DNA from: Isurus oxyrinchus
Taxonomy: Eukaryota
Reading direction: 5' to 3'
NCBI GenBank assembly: GCA_026770705.1
Contig: JANJGN010000017.1
Span: 86,614,001-86,678,000 of the forward strand
DNA: 64,000 nt
The notes under the pieces were generated by a model. The model was not told the origin of the DNA and made no database searches. It was given only the letters and a program-made list of their open reading frames with translations. Numbering within the stretch: the first letter of the stretch is position 1; every line of letters begins with the position of its first letter. The translations under genes and the position numbers were made by a program. Below are positions 25,601-36,441 of the stretch, in pieces.

Positions 25601-27485
25601 GGGTAAAGCTTGAAGGGTAAGGAGGCAGATAGTTAAATGGAGGGGCGGTGACTGAAGAAGCGGGCAATATAGGTCAAAGCGATCAAAGGTGGCAAAAAGG
25701 AAGGGCTAATGAGAGAGAAGTAGAAAGAAAGGAGAAGAAAGCAAGAAAGAAAGCAGGGCAGTTGAGAGAGGAGCGTGATGTTACAATCGGAAGTGGGTGA
25801 ATGGGGACACAGTCAAATTGCGGTAAGGGGTGAGGAGTGATCAAGAGAGAGTGGGAGAGAGCGACGGAGAGAGTGAGAGAATGAGAAAGAGACACAAATG
25901 AAGAGGGAGAGAGAGATTGAGAGAGGGGGTGGGTGGAAGGGAGGGAGTGGCACAGCAAAAAGAAAGTGTGACAAGAAAGGAGCAGGGCCAACGATTTTTC
26001 TGCAGAATATCTCCAGAAAATATAGAAAATACTGATCATCGCTTTTAGCTACAGAGTCCATCTGATGTGTGATGAAACGCAGTGCTCTTGGGGAAATTGT
26101 GGGAGTTCTAGTATTTTACCCCAGCGTCAAAAAAGGACATACTGATTAGTTTGCAATTGATTATGCTGGGTGCCTTGGAGGGGAGCTTTGCTGTGTTGGT
26201 GTCGCCATCTGTATGCTTATCATTTCAATCTAGTTAGTATATTTTCAGAATAGAAAAGTGTTTCAGAAGCAGGCTTGACATATTCTTTCAGAACAACTTT
26301 GAGATTGTAAATATTGTAGTTACCGTGAGCCAATGGCACAGGGGCAAAATCATTAATGTTATGGATAAGATGCTGGTCAGGCTGGATGCATTGTACAGGT
26401 TGGTGTGCAACATCTTGCACATCATTGGAGCTACACTTGTGTGGCAAGTGGATGTTATTACATAACACTCCAGACTTGAACATTGCAGGTGATGGAACGG
26501 AACTTAGGAGTCAGGAGGGGCGTTATTCACTTCAGAATTTCCAGGCTTGATGCAACTTCTATGTCCACAAAATTTATTGCCTGCCCTAGTTCCTTGTAAA
26601 TGGTTCTAACTCAAAGGTACTCTGATAGATTGGACAAAACTTAATTCCCTGTGTAAATTAATGAGTCATAAAAGGCTTCCATCAGCCACACTGAAGGCAA
26701 TGAGAGGACCACTTCAGTGAACTCAATTGTTCCGAAGTTTTACAAAGTTACAATGCATTCATATGAAAGAAACAGGTCATTCGACCATCAGGACAATGCA
26801 ACTGCGTTTGTACCACATAAGCCTCCTTCCACTATTCTCAATCTCAAACAATCAACTTATATTTCTAATCTTTTCCACCTCATGCGTTCATCCAAATCCT
26901 TTTTATATGTCAACAACTCTCAAGACTCCTTGTGGCCACGACTTGTACATTTCTCCTTCCATCAGCTTGAAGAACATTATTCTGATTTCCTGATTGGATT
27001 TATTACTGTCTACCTCATGATGATGGCCTCGAGTTACAACTTTCTCCAAAAAAAATGGAAAACAATGGCTCCATGTCAAATCTGCCCTCAGCCTTCTCTT
27101 TTTCCACAGAAAATATCCGTTTTCGTATTTTTCATATGTATTTTCTTCCTGCTAAGCATTACTTCCCAGATTTTGATGGTGGACATGTTTAAGGAAAAAA
27201 CTTTTTCTTTCAGGCAGCACACATGCGGCCCGGCATGACTGCCTGATAGAGGCAGGTTGAACAAAGTATTATATTGCAGTTTGTAGAATCCAGCATTGAA
27301 CAAATTGGGTGCTGGGTTTCTTACAGTGAAGTCATACTTAGATTTCAGAAAAGTGCTTTAATATCTGCAACACGTATTCTGGTGTCCAGAGGTGATGAAA
27401 AAAATTGATAGATTTGTGTTCATTTCAGCCAAAGGAATAGGACGTTTCCAAGATAACGACGATAATCACCCATGAGTCATTGAAA

Positions 27486-27675
27486 ATGCAACCTTTTGCC
27501 CAGACCTGCAAGTGGTATTTGTCCTTTGCCACTGGGATATCCGAGTGTCTTGGCTTCACGGGTGTGATATATGGCTGCGCCTCACTGGTCTTCATGCTGA
27601 AGAATGAGGGATATTTCCTCGACTTCTGTGTTCAGCTGAACAACTCCAGTGGCACAGCAGCGAGAAATGATACCT
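27486..27675 (+). CDS. slc43a3: SLC43A3-like B coding exon 1
   Basis: [63 protein letters not shown]; 190 nt, phase 1, donor gtaatt; acceptor catttcag at 27428. Confidence 0.9.
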
Positions 27676-28378
27676 GTAATTGTGTAGTTGGTTGCTGTTT
27701 GTGGGTTTGGTGTCATGGCGAGACGGGGTGGGCAGAAGAGGAGCATAGAGAAATAGACAGCGAGAGAGAGTGTTACAAAAGAAGGGAAGGGTGGGAGAGG
27801 GAGCTGGGGAGAGGTGCGAAAGGTAGAGGGGAAGGGTAAGACAAAAAGTCCGGGACAGACAACAAAGGGCCCATCAAAATTGACCAGAGGTACAAAGGGA
27901 AGTGGACAGTGAGGTACACTGTCAGAAAGAGGGGGATGAATAGAGAGGGATGAACCCGGGATAAAGAAAGGGTGGGCGTAGGGGGTAGAGATCATGAGAA
28001 ATGGGCAACGGATAGAGGAAGAGATAGAAGATACAAAGAACGAGAGGGGATGTGATTGGGAGGGCAGAAATGAATGAGTGGGTGCAGGAGAATTGAAGTT
28101 GGAGTGAAGGAAATATTGGAAAAAGGTGAGATTCAGACAGTTTTGTGGATGGTGGAGGGATGAGAGGAAGATGAAGAGAAGGGGGAGGGAGGATTGAGAC
28201 ACACAGCTTTAGTGGGGAGACGATGGAGGAAAAAAGGAGTGATGCTATTTTTTTCCACTTTCAAACCTAAAGTTGCAACTTATTTCATTGGTTTTCATAC
28301 GTGTTTGGATATCTTGAGATTGTGAAATATGTCTCCATCACTCTCTTTCTTTCTGAGCCTCTTATGTTTCTTTCTCAG

Positions 28379-28511
28379 TTGGTTGTGATCTGCAGGATGA
28401 ACGTTTCACTCTCGTCTTCACCATCGCTTCTTTCACCTTCAACTTCCTGTCCTTCCTCTGTGGTGTCCTGATTGACTACCTGGGCACCATGGCATCCCGA
28501 ACCTTGGCCGT
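28379..28511 (+). CDS. slc43a3: SLC43A3-like B coding exon 2
   Basis: tttctcag|TT GGT TGT GAT CTG CAG GAT GAA...GCC GT|gtgagt; 133 nt, same size as the copy A exon. Confidence 0.92.
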
Positions 28512-29608
28512 GTGAGTCCTCGAGCTGTTCCTGTTTATAGTCGCATATAGATCACTGCCTGTAGGGTAACAGACAGTGAGTGGAGATAAAGGTCCAGGAG
28601 GAGTTTCAGGAAAATTCCCAAGAGAAAGTTGGTGAATGAGGAGGTATAGGAAGGAGGCAAATGGGGCAATATTTTTGGGTAATGAGGGATAGGGCAGTGG
28701 AATGAAGATGGATGGGAATCCAAAAGTAGAAGGATCTGGAGGGTGAGCGGCAGGGCAGGAGGAGCGGAAGTGGGAGAGATGGATGCAGAGCATTGCCAGC
28801 AATTGAGGCTAGAAAAATGGAGAAGTAAAAGAAGGATTATGCGAGATAGAGGAGGGTCCATACAGAGGAAGGTGTATGGAGTGTGTCAGAAGGAAAGTGA
28901 CCGGGAGGAGGAGTCAAGTATCAACATGAAGTGAGGGACATCTAGAAATATGCTATGTGAAGAAGGAAGAGGTTTAAAAAGACGTCTGGAACCAAGTTTC
29001 ATATGGAGATTCATCATGCAGTAGACAATTCTTCAGATAATCATCCATGCATTAACAAGAAATGCATGATATTAAAGAGCACAGCAGTGAAGAAGGGTCT
29101 TGTCTCTGAATGGAGTTAAACTTGAACATAGCCCCCTGAATGGTCTCTGTATTGCCTGTGTTATTATTATTACCATTATTATTATTGTTATTAGTATTAA
29201 CATCCTCAAATTCATCATTATCATAATATTTATTAGCTTATTATTATTCTTATTATTATTGTGCATTGTCTTTCTTTTTATGTAGATTACGTAAAATTCT
29301 GAGAAGGAAGTATAATTATGAAATTTAAGATCGATTTTCAAAACTTGTCAATGCAGTGCTTTAAACATGGTCTACAACGATCATGTTAATCGGAAGACCG
29401 TATCCAATATCTTGCGTTTGCAACAGTATCTGATTTTGGGATCATGCTGTACTGACGTTACCTGCTGCGGATCATACATTACAACAACAAATATGCTTAA
29501 AAATATATTGGCTGTGAAAATGTTTTGGATGAGCGAAAGCCGTGAATTTCACTGCATAAATGCAAGTTCATTCAGCCTTTTCACACTCGCTCTCTACTTC
29601 TGTTGCAG

Positions 29609-29684
29609 CTTCCGCGTCGCTGTTGTTCCCAGCACTCAGTCTTATGCAATTGGGGGAATTCTCCTGTTCATTACAAACATCCAG
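29609..29684 (+). pseudogene. slc43a3: SLC43A3-like B exon 4 equivalent, damaged
   Basis: tgttgcag| then ASASLLFPALSL / AIGGILLFITNIQ in two different frames (76 nt, one base short at CTT AT GCA); followed by ttaatc instead of GT. Confidence 0.85.
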
Positions 29685-30005
29685 TTAATCTAACATGCCG
29701 TGGGGTGGAGCAAAAATAGTGTCCTGAGTTCTCGCTGCACGCTCAACAGATGGTCAATCGGAGTGCACTAATGGGGGACAGTAGTGATGGGGGGGGGGGG
29801 GGGTGGGGGGTGCGCTGCCAGAGTTTCTGGACTTTGTCTGAGATGTTTAACCGTTGCCCCAGTGCACTCTAAGGTGGAGATGAAATTTGCACCATATGAT
29901 GAGTCAAGTGACCAAATTACAAACTCAATGAATATCAGTAAATCACGTTATTTGTTCAGTGATCACTTCCATCTTTGTGGAACTTTACAGTGCACAGATT
30001 GACTA

Positions 30006-31105
30006 AAATAAAAGCAAAGAAAACTGCGGATGCTGGAAATCCAAAACAAAAACAGAATTACCTGGAAAAACTCAGCAGGTCTGGCAGCATCGGCGGAGAA
30101 GAAAAGAGTTGACGTTTCGAGTCCTCATGACCCTTCGACAGAACTTGATTTCGAGTCCAAGAAAGAGTTGAAATATAAGCTGGTTTAAGGTGTGTGTGTG
30201 GGGGGCGGAGAGATAGAGAGAGAGAGAGGTGGTTGTGTAGACAAACAAGCAGTGATAGAAGCAGATCATCAAAAGATGTCAGCGACAATGGTACACAAGA
30301 ACACATAGGTGTTAAAGTTAAAGTTGGTGATATTATCTAAACGAATGTGCTAATTAAGAATGGATGGTAGGGCACTCAAGGTACAGCTCTAGTGGGGATG
30401 GGGGGAGCATAAAAGTTTTTAAAATATTTAAAAATAATGGAAATAGGTGGGAAAAGAAAAATCTATATAATTTATAGGGAAAAAAAGGAAAAAGGGGGAA
30501 ACAGAAAGGGGGTGGGGATGGGGGAGGGAGCTCACGACCTAAAGTTGTTGAATTCAATATTCAGACCGGAAGGCTGTAAGGTGCCTAGTCGGAAGATGAG
30601 GTGTTGTTCCTCCAGTTTGTGTTGGGCTTCACTGGAACAATGCAGTAAGCCAAGGACAGACATGTGGGCAAGAGAGCAGAGTGGAGTGTTAAAATGGCAA
30701 GCGACAGGGAGGTTTGGGTCATTCTTGCGGACAGACCGCAGGTGTTCTGCAAAGCGGTCGCCCAGTTTACGTTTGGTCTCTCCAATGTAGAGGAGACCAC
30801 ATTGGGAGCAACGAATGCAGTAGACTAAGTTGGGGGAAATGCAAGTGAAATGCTGCTTCACTTGAAAGGAGTGTTTGGGCCTTTGGACGGTGAGGAGAGA
30901 GGAAGTGAAGGGGCAGGTGTTACATCTTTTGCGTGGGCATGGGGTGGTGCCATAGGAGGGGGTTGAGGAGTAGGGGGTGATGGAGGAGTGGACCAGGGTG
31001 TCCCGGAGGGAGCGATCCCTACAGAATGCCGATAAGGGGGGTGAAGGGCAGATGTGTTTGGTGGTGGCATTATGCTGGAGTTGGCGGAAATGGCGGAGGA
31101 TGATC
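30006..31105 (-). mobile_element. Penelope-like retroelement, 5'-truncated, with GIY-YIG endonuclease C-terminus and 13-bp TSD
   Basis: Frame open from ~31105 to stop at 30532: CPRKRCNTC...LVYCIRCSQCGLLYIGETKRKLGDRFAEH...EQHLIFRLGTLQPSGLN. TSD cacagattgacta at 29993-30005 and 31106-31118. Confidence 0.92.
30107..30145 (-). ncRNA. Minimal type-I hammerhead-ribozyme-like motif in Penelope terminus (also 13011-13048 minus, 16215-16252 plus)
   Basis: agtt CUGUCGA A GGGUC-augag-GACUC GAAA C GUC aact: stem I agtt/aact, stem II GGGUC/GACUC, loopless palindromic stem III ACGU. Core position 6 is U rather than A. Confidence 0.6.
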
Positions 31106-31879
31106 CACAGATTGACTACTGCGTTTTCAACATGGCTAAAATATACATTTCAAAGCTACCTTCTTTTGGTATAATATGGGAGCTTATTTTGTCTGAAGCG
31201 TGAATGATGTCAAATAGGTCAGCCGAATTTCATGAGAAAATGTTCAAATCATGCTTTAATGATGCCGGAGGCTGCCTTTGCCTATCCTGCCGTGTGTCAA
31301 TGGGGATCCAAATTAAAACTGGTGCTTAGATGCAAGCCAATTACATTCCGGCAATTGAGCCCATTCAGGCCCTGCTATATTTCTGGCCTGAGTTCGGTGC
31401 CACACCTTGTGCGAGATCAGGCTAGCATGGCCAGGAGGTCCTTTGAGCCTTGGCCTATCCTGAGATTTTATCAAGAGGTGTTCATTACCATGTCCTGTGT
31501 GATATCCGGAGAGCATGGCACAAGCAGAGAATGAGCATGGGCTTTCCTTTTCCTAGTTATGTGGGTTCAATGCAATACTGTGTTATATCAAACTGACATT
31601 GCAGAGCTTATAACGGAGAATATGCCTTTCCTGCCCTTTGTGTGCAGCTCAGTACCCACATGGGATGTGATTATTGCAACATAGGACAGATTTGAAAGCT
31701 GCGCCATTCCTGCTCTGTCAGTGTCTGTATGGCACGACAGGGCAATAATGTACGCACTCATTGGATCCAAATATGATTGTTTTGGTGGGAAATAATGTAT
31801 TACCATTGAAAGTTGTTTTTATAATGGAGAATTCTTTTCCATTGTGTTCTGCACTCTCAGTGCATGGTCCTTGTTTTTT

Positions 31880-33040
31880 TTTTTTGCCGTATTCATGAAT
31901 TATTTCAATGCAAATGGAGAGGAGATGATAATAAGTTTAACAATCTTACGAAAATAGATGACTGGTTGACAATCGGCAGGAAAGCTTTACATTACAGTAA
32001 GATACAGATAGTTTGGCCAGTTGGGCACATTATTGGGAACATGAATTGAATCTGGAGAGGTTCTTGGTGCTGCATTTGGGTGGCACAACAAGTGAAGGGG
32101 ATAGATGGTTTTTAAAAAAAAAATCCTCACACAATTATGTTTCCCACACCTTCTGCAAATTGGAGGAATTGCTAACAGACTTAACAACAACCTTATTTAA
32201 TAGCGTCATAAAATCGCCTTCCATAGCCAAAAAGCCCTGAATGAAAGTTCCAAACATTGCTCTGGCTGAGGGATGGGCGCATCATCTCCTGAGCCAGCAG
32301 ACATCCAGGAACTGAGTGGGAGCACACTGAGTATGTGGGAAAAGAAAGGCCCTGACATGCATGTCCGAGAATCCATAAATGTAGCAGGAATAGTCGATAG
32401 AATGGTTTAAAATGGATATGACATCTTCATTTTACCAGCGGATGCATGAAGAAGAACAACAGGGAGGTTACACTACTTGGAGTAATGGCTTGAGTAATTC
32501 ATACAGCTGTGGTCACCAAGCTCAGAGAATGAGGTGGTATCTATGTTGAGCATCCAGAGGCCATTCACGAACAGTTGCCAGAACTTTGAAACATATAGCT
32601 CTTGGGAAATATTAGCTAAGCTGGGAATGCTATACTTGGATCAGAAGACGTTAAGAGACGAATTAATTCAGGTGTATAGAATGATGAGGCACCTGGATAG
32701 AATAAATGGGGCTTGCTCATTTGGCAGGGAGGTTTCAACAAATCAAGAATAATTTGATGGGAAATTATTACCAGAAGGATTAGAGAGAACGTTATTTTAA
32801 ATTTTTTTACCCAAATGCTGATGGGGTACCTGAACCCTGGGTATGCAACAGTGGCATTTTCGGAAACTGTTACCACACTAAAAAAAGTGCATGGGAGCCT
32901 GAAAGGTCATCTATGACATGCAGGGTTATGGATCAGGTGCAATAAAATGTAATAAGGCGAGTTATCTCTTCGACAAACACCATGGATACAATCGGCCGAA
33001 ATGCGTCCTTCTGGTTTGTAACTTATGAATAATTCTGTGA
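31880..33040 (+). mobile_element. Old CR1 LINE 3' fragment
   Basis: LGMLYLDQKTLRDELIQVYRMMRHLDRI resembles the CR1 ORF2 C-terminus. Confidence 0.7.
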
Positions 33041-33060
33041 CTGTCTGATATCATTCCTAG

Positions 33061-33153
33061 ATTGGAAACCTATTTGGAAACAATCGTTCTACAATCATCA
33101 CAATATTCAATGGAGCACTCGATTCCTCAGCAGCCGTAATTCTGTTGGTTAAG
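33061..33153 (+). CDS. slc43a3: SLC43A3-like B exon 5 equivalent
   Basis: ttcctag|IGNLFGNNRSTIITIFNGALDSSAAVILLVK|gtgagg; 93 nt. Confidence 0.93.
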
Positions 33154-33666
33154 GTGAGGCGTGGAAGCACATTCAGGAAACTTTTTCAAGAAATAAGCTG
33201 CAGGTGTGGGAGATCAAGAGCTTGGACTTGGAAATGAGCTGAGGCAGGCGAAATGGGCGAAAAGGGCATTTTTAGTGCTACAGCAACCTATAATCGAGGC
33301 ACAGGAAACTATCTCACAAAAACATATTGAGTGTTGATGATTTGTACCTTCATTTATCGAAATCTCAAAGGGGATCGAGAAAATGTCACTGAGTGTAAGG
33401 CCAGCGTTAAACCTACATACCCCACCTAGTCACCAGATTCGTGTGATGAACAGCTCTAGCAATCTTCCTTGCTGATGGGGGATAGGAGATGCAAAAGAGC
33501 ACGTACCTGTGTTTGGAGAAATGGAGAAACTGGCGGTGGTGGCGCATGGGAGAGAAAGATGGAGCAGAGAGAGATGGAGAGATAGGAGCAAAGACAGAGT
33601 GGATGTCACTGTGTGAGAGGACACAAGAAATAGATAGGTTATGCAATGGATAGAAACTCAGACAGA

Positions 33667-33670
33667 TACA

Positions 33671-33704
<34 letters not shown>

Positions 33705-33705
33705 T

Positions 33706-33737
<32 letters not shown>
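33667..33737 (+). repeat. (CA)n microsatellite
   Basis: Direct reading. Confidence 0.97.
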
Positions 33738-33740
<3 letters not shown>

Positions 33741-34135
33741 GATAGAGAGAGAGAGGGAGAGTAGAGAGTGAGAGCGATTGAAGAATATGATTAACGGTGA
33801 TGGGGCGTGAGTGATAGAGATGGTACAGTGAAATGAATAATGTGCAGAGAAACGGGGGAGAAAGGAACACTTTGCCGTGAGGGAAACGCAGATGTATCAC
33901 AGATAAGAGAGACTGAAGGAGTGTAAATATAGCGAGGGGAGCGAGAGGGCTTAGGGAAAAAAATTCTAGCATAGAGTGATTTTGTGGTGCAGAGCGAACA
34001 TTGCAGAGGTCGCAGTGAAAGGGAGGAATGGTGGAGGGAGAAATCGAGCAGAGAATTGCACATGATTGGTGTCAGACGTGTTCCATTCTGAAACAACACT
34101 TATCTTTTCTCCGGCCTCTATTCCACTCCTTCCAG

Positions 34136-34275
34136 GGTTTGTACGAGGTTCGAATTCCCCTGAAGTCTTTGTTCCTTTTCATCAGCTTTCTCAGCTCCAA
34201 CCACCTCCTGCGGACATTCTTACTCTTTCCTCGGACACGCATTCCATATCCGTTGCCCGAGGGATACACTTACGG
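34136..34275 (+). CDS. slc43a3: SLC43A3-like B exon 6 equivalent
   Basis: ccttccag|GLYEVRIPLKSLFLFISFLSSNHLLRTFLLFPRTRIPYPLPEGYTY(G)|gtaagg; 140 nt. Confidence 0.93.
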
Positions 34276-34823
34276 GTAAGGAGGAGAGGAAAGCGGACTT
34301 GCAGAGTGAAATCCTAATGAGTAATTTTGGTTGATGATTAATACAATGCCAGAAACTCGGGAGTGAAAAGCAGGCTGGAAACCATGTTGTTTCTGGGATT
34401 ACATGTAGAATAAGAGACATCCAGTTGCGAGTTGTGGATTTGAGTAGAATTACATATAATTACCTTTTGCGGTGTTTGTGACTGGTTATGGGGCCGGGCT
34501 GGGGGTGGGGGCAAAGGGATTGTTGGTGCCAGTTTCTTTATGCAGTATTGAAAAGCGATTTGGCGATAAACGTTGCAAGTCCCCTGCTATCGACCTGCTG
34601 CTGCCACATCTCCTATTGCTGGGTGCCAGCTCCGCACCTGTGTAGCCAGAGTGTTTGGCTCCACTCTACTTGTCAGTGTGACCACTGTTGCCGCCTACTG
34701 CCATGTTACGCCCCCATGGCTGATCACTTTACCTATGCATTTCTCTCTTTGAACAACATTGTTTTTGCCGAAGTTGCAGCGGTCTTGCATTTAACCTGGG
34801 AACTGGTTGCCCTGTTCGGACAG

Positions 34824-35056
34824 CGTCACTTGTAAGAAGTTTGAATTGGATTCATTCTCCGGTGCGGAGGACACTGAGAGCCAGAAGAAGCCAGAACACG
34901 GAGGAATTGGGCTGGTGGGAGTGGAAATCAAGGCACAGGAAGTGGTGGAAGAAGATACAGGAGAGAACATATCAGAGGAAGAAGCAGAAAAGGGTGACAG
35001 ACAGGAAGAAGTGGAGGGGTCTGATTCTGTGAACCCACAGATTTCTGGGCCAAGAG
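34824..35056 (+). CDS. slc43a3: SLC43A3-like B exon 7 equivalent (acidic central loop)
   Basis: ggacag|C VTCKKFELDSFSGAEDTESQ...QISGPR G|gtgaga; 233 nt; phases 2/1 fit both neighbouring exons. Confidence 0.8.
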
Positions 35057-36273
35057 GTGAGATTATCTGCTACCTCCCCTGTCTGTTGTCATCTTCACCC
35101 TAATCGTATTCCTCCTCACCCCACCTATTCATATCTCTTCACTTTCTTCCACATCTATTTCTCACTTTTCCCAATCTTTTCCTCCACCTCTCTTTTTCAT
35201 TCCCCGAATCCCACTGTTTACACTTTCCAATTCAAATTCCCACTCTGTGCTCCCCTTACCTTTCCGCAGCTCCCCAGTTTTACTTTCCAATCCTGCTTAC
35301 CCTTAATCCTACTCTTCAACAATCTCTAATCTCTATTCCCGCTTCCATGATAATTCGAATTCTCTAAACTCTGCCTTTCCAATTTGCTCTTTGCCATTCC
35401 TTTAGTATGTGTCTTTTCCCAGCTAACTCCCCCTGGTCCAAACTATGGGTTCATTTTGATTTTCTTTCCTCTGAATGGGGCGTGGGCATCACTGCTAAGC
35501 CAGCATTCAATGTCCACACTTAATTGCCACTCAACCGAATATCTTGGGGCAGTTAAGAGTTAATCACGTTAATGTGAGCCTGGACTCAAGTTAGGACCTG
35601 TTAAAGATGAAAATTTCCTTCCATAAAGGGCAGGTCCGAAGCAGAAGGTCTCATGGTCACCGTTATTGCTTTTATTTCCAGATTAATTATTTTCATAATC
35701 TACCAAACTAGGTTTTAAAATCAATTTCCCGGGCCTTTCGCTTCACAATAAGGATAAATAGTTCAGTGACATTCCCACAACGCCATCATCTCCACTGACA
35801 AAGAGCAATCATGTCATTGGGAAGCGTTTCTAATTTAAATGAAATAACTTTATGTGGTTGGAGGACAAGTAGTTTTAGGGCACAGGCTGAAGTAAGGACC
35901 AGACAGAGATGGGAAGGGAAATGTTCATTTTTTTTAAAACCGTGAGTTGTTCTGATCTAGAATCCGATGCCTGAAAGCACAGCCAGAGCAATTTCAGCGT
36001 CAACTCTGATAAAGGGAAGTGAATGGTAAAACAAAACATTTGCAGATCTACAGGAAAGGAAGAGTCAATTGCAACTAATAGAATGCAATATTTCAAAGAT
36101 GCATCGATGGGCCGTATTGCCTTTTTCTGTTCAGTGAATTGTTTCTCTAGCAGTGGAAGGAATTTTAGAAACCATTCCAGTTGATGTTGTTCGGTAAAAT
36201 TTCAGAACAACACAATATTGTTTTCTTGATTACCAGCTGTTCTGTTAATCTTTCTATTTTTCCTCTCCTGCAG

Positions 36274-36441
36274 ACTCAGAATGGAACAAGGATCATATTG
36301 CGTCCTTCAGAAGCTGCGTCTTCTCCAAAATTTTCCTCAGCCACCTGTTCTGGCTCTCTGCAATGGTGCTCCTACACAACCTGTACATTGGCACCCTGAA
36401 TCCAATGCTCACACTGTTCGCTGGTGCTGACCACTTTAAAG
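36274..36441 (+). CDS. slc43a3: SLC43A3-like B exon 8 equivalent
   Basis: ctcctgcag|...ASFRSCVFSKIFLSHLFWLSAMVLLHNLYIGTLNPMLTLFAGADHFK|gtaaca; 168 nt. Confidence 0.93.

Larger units (their letters stand above)
16030..26000 (+). repeat. Tandem array of seven diverged ~1.2-1.7 kb units (unique core + CR1 3' end + GA-rich spacer)
   Basis: Recurring core resembling CGGAA(G/A)TATTCACAGCCA..CGCTG..TGTCAG.GGTTTCACAC near 16134, 17623, 19081, 20307, 22044, 23346 and 24698. Each is followed by a GGATTCTGGATT..GAAGGCAGCAGG.CAAGCAGGT block and decayed CR1 tail sequence. Confidence 0.85.
29720..31220 (+). mobile_element. Old Deu-domain SINE (SacSINE1-like) split by the Penelope insertion; other copies ~29345-29570(+), ~6960-7230(-), ~46445-46590(-)
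   Basis: gagatgtttaaccgttgccccagtgcactctaaggtggagatgaaa resembles the Deu domain; the SINE tail resumes after 31118. Confidence 0.5.

Noticed and set aside
16030-26000. Array as CRISPR-like or as a tandem gene / antigen-receptor segment cluster
   Set aside because: Eukaryotic DNA; units are kb-sized and diverged, with no conserved ORF, no recurrent splice pair and no heptamer-nonamer RSS seen.
29684-29689. Cryptic donor CA|GTTAAT for B exon 4
   Set aside because: Weak site, and using it would shift the frame by one base relative to the phase-0 next exon.
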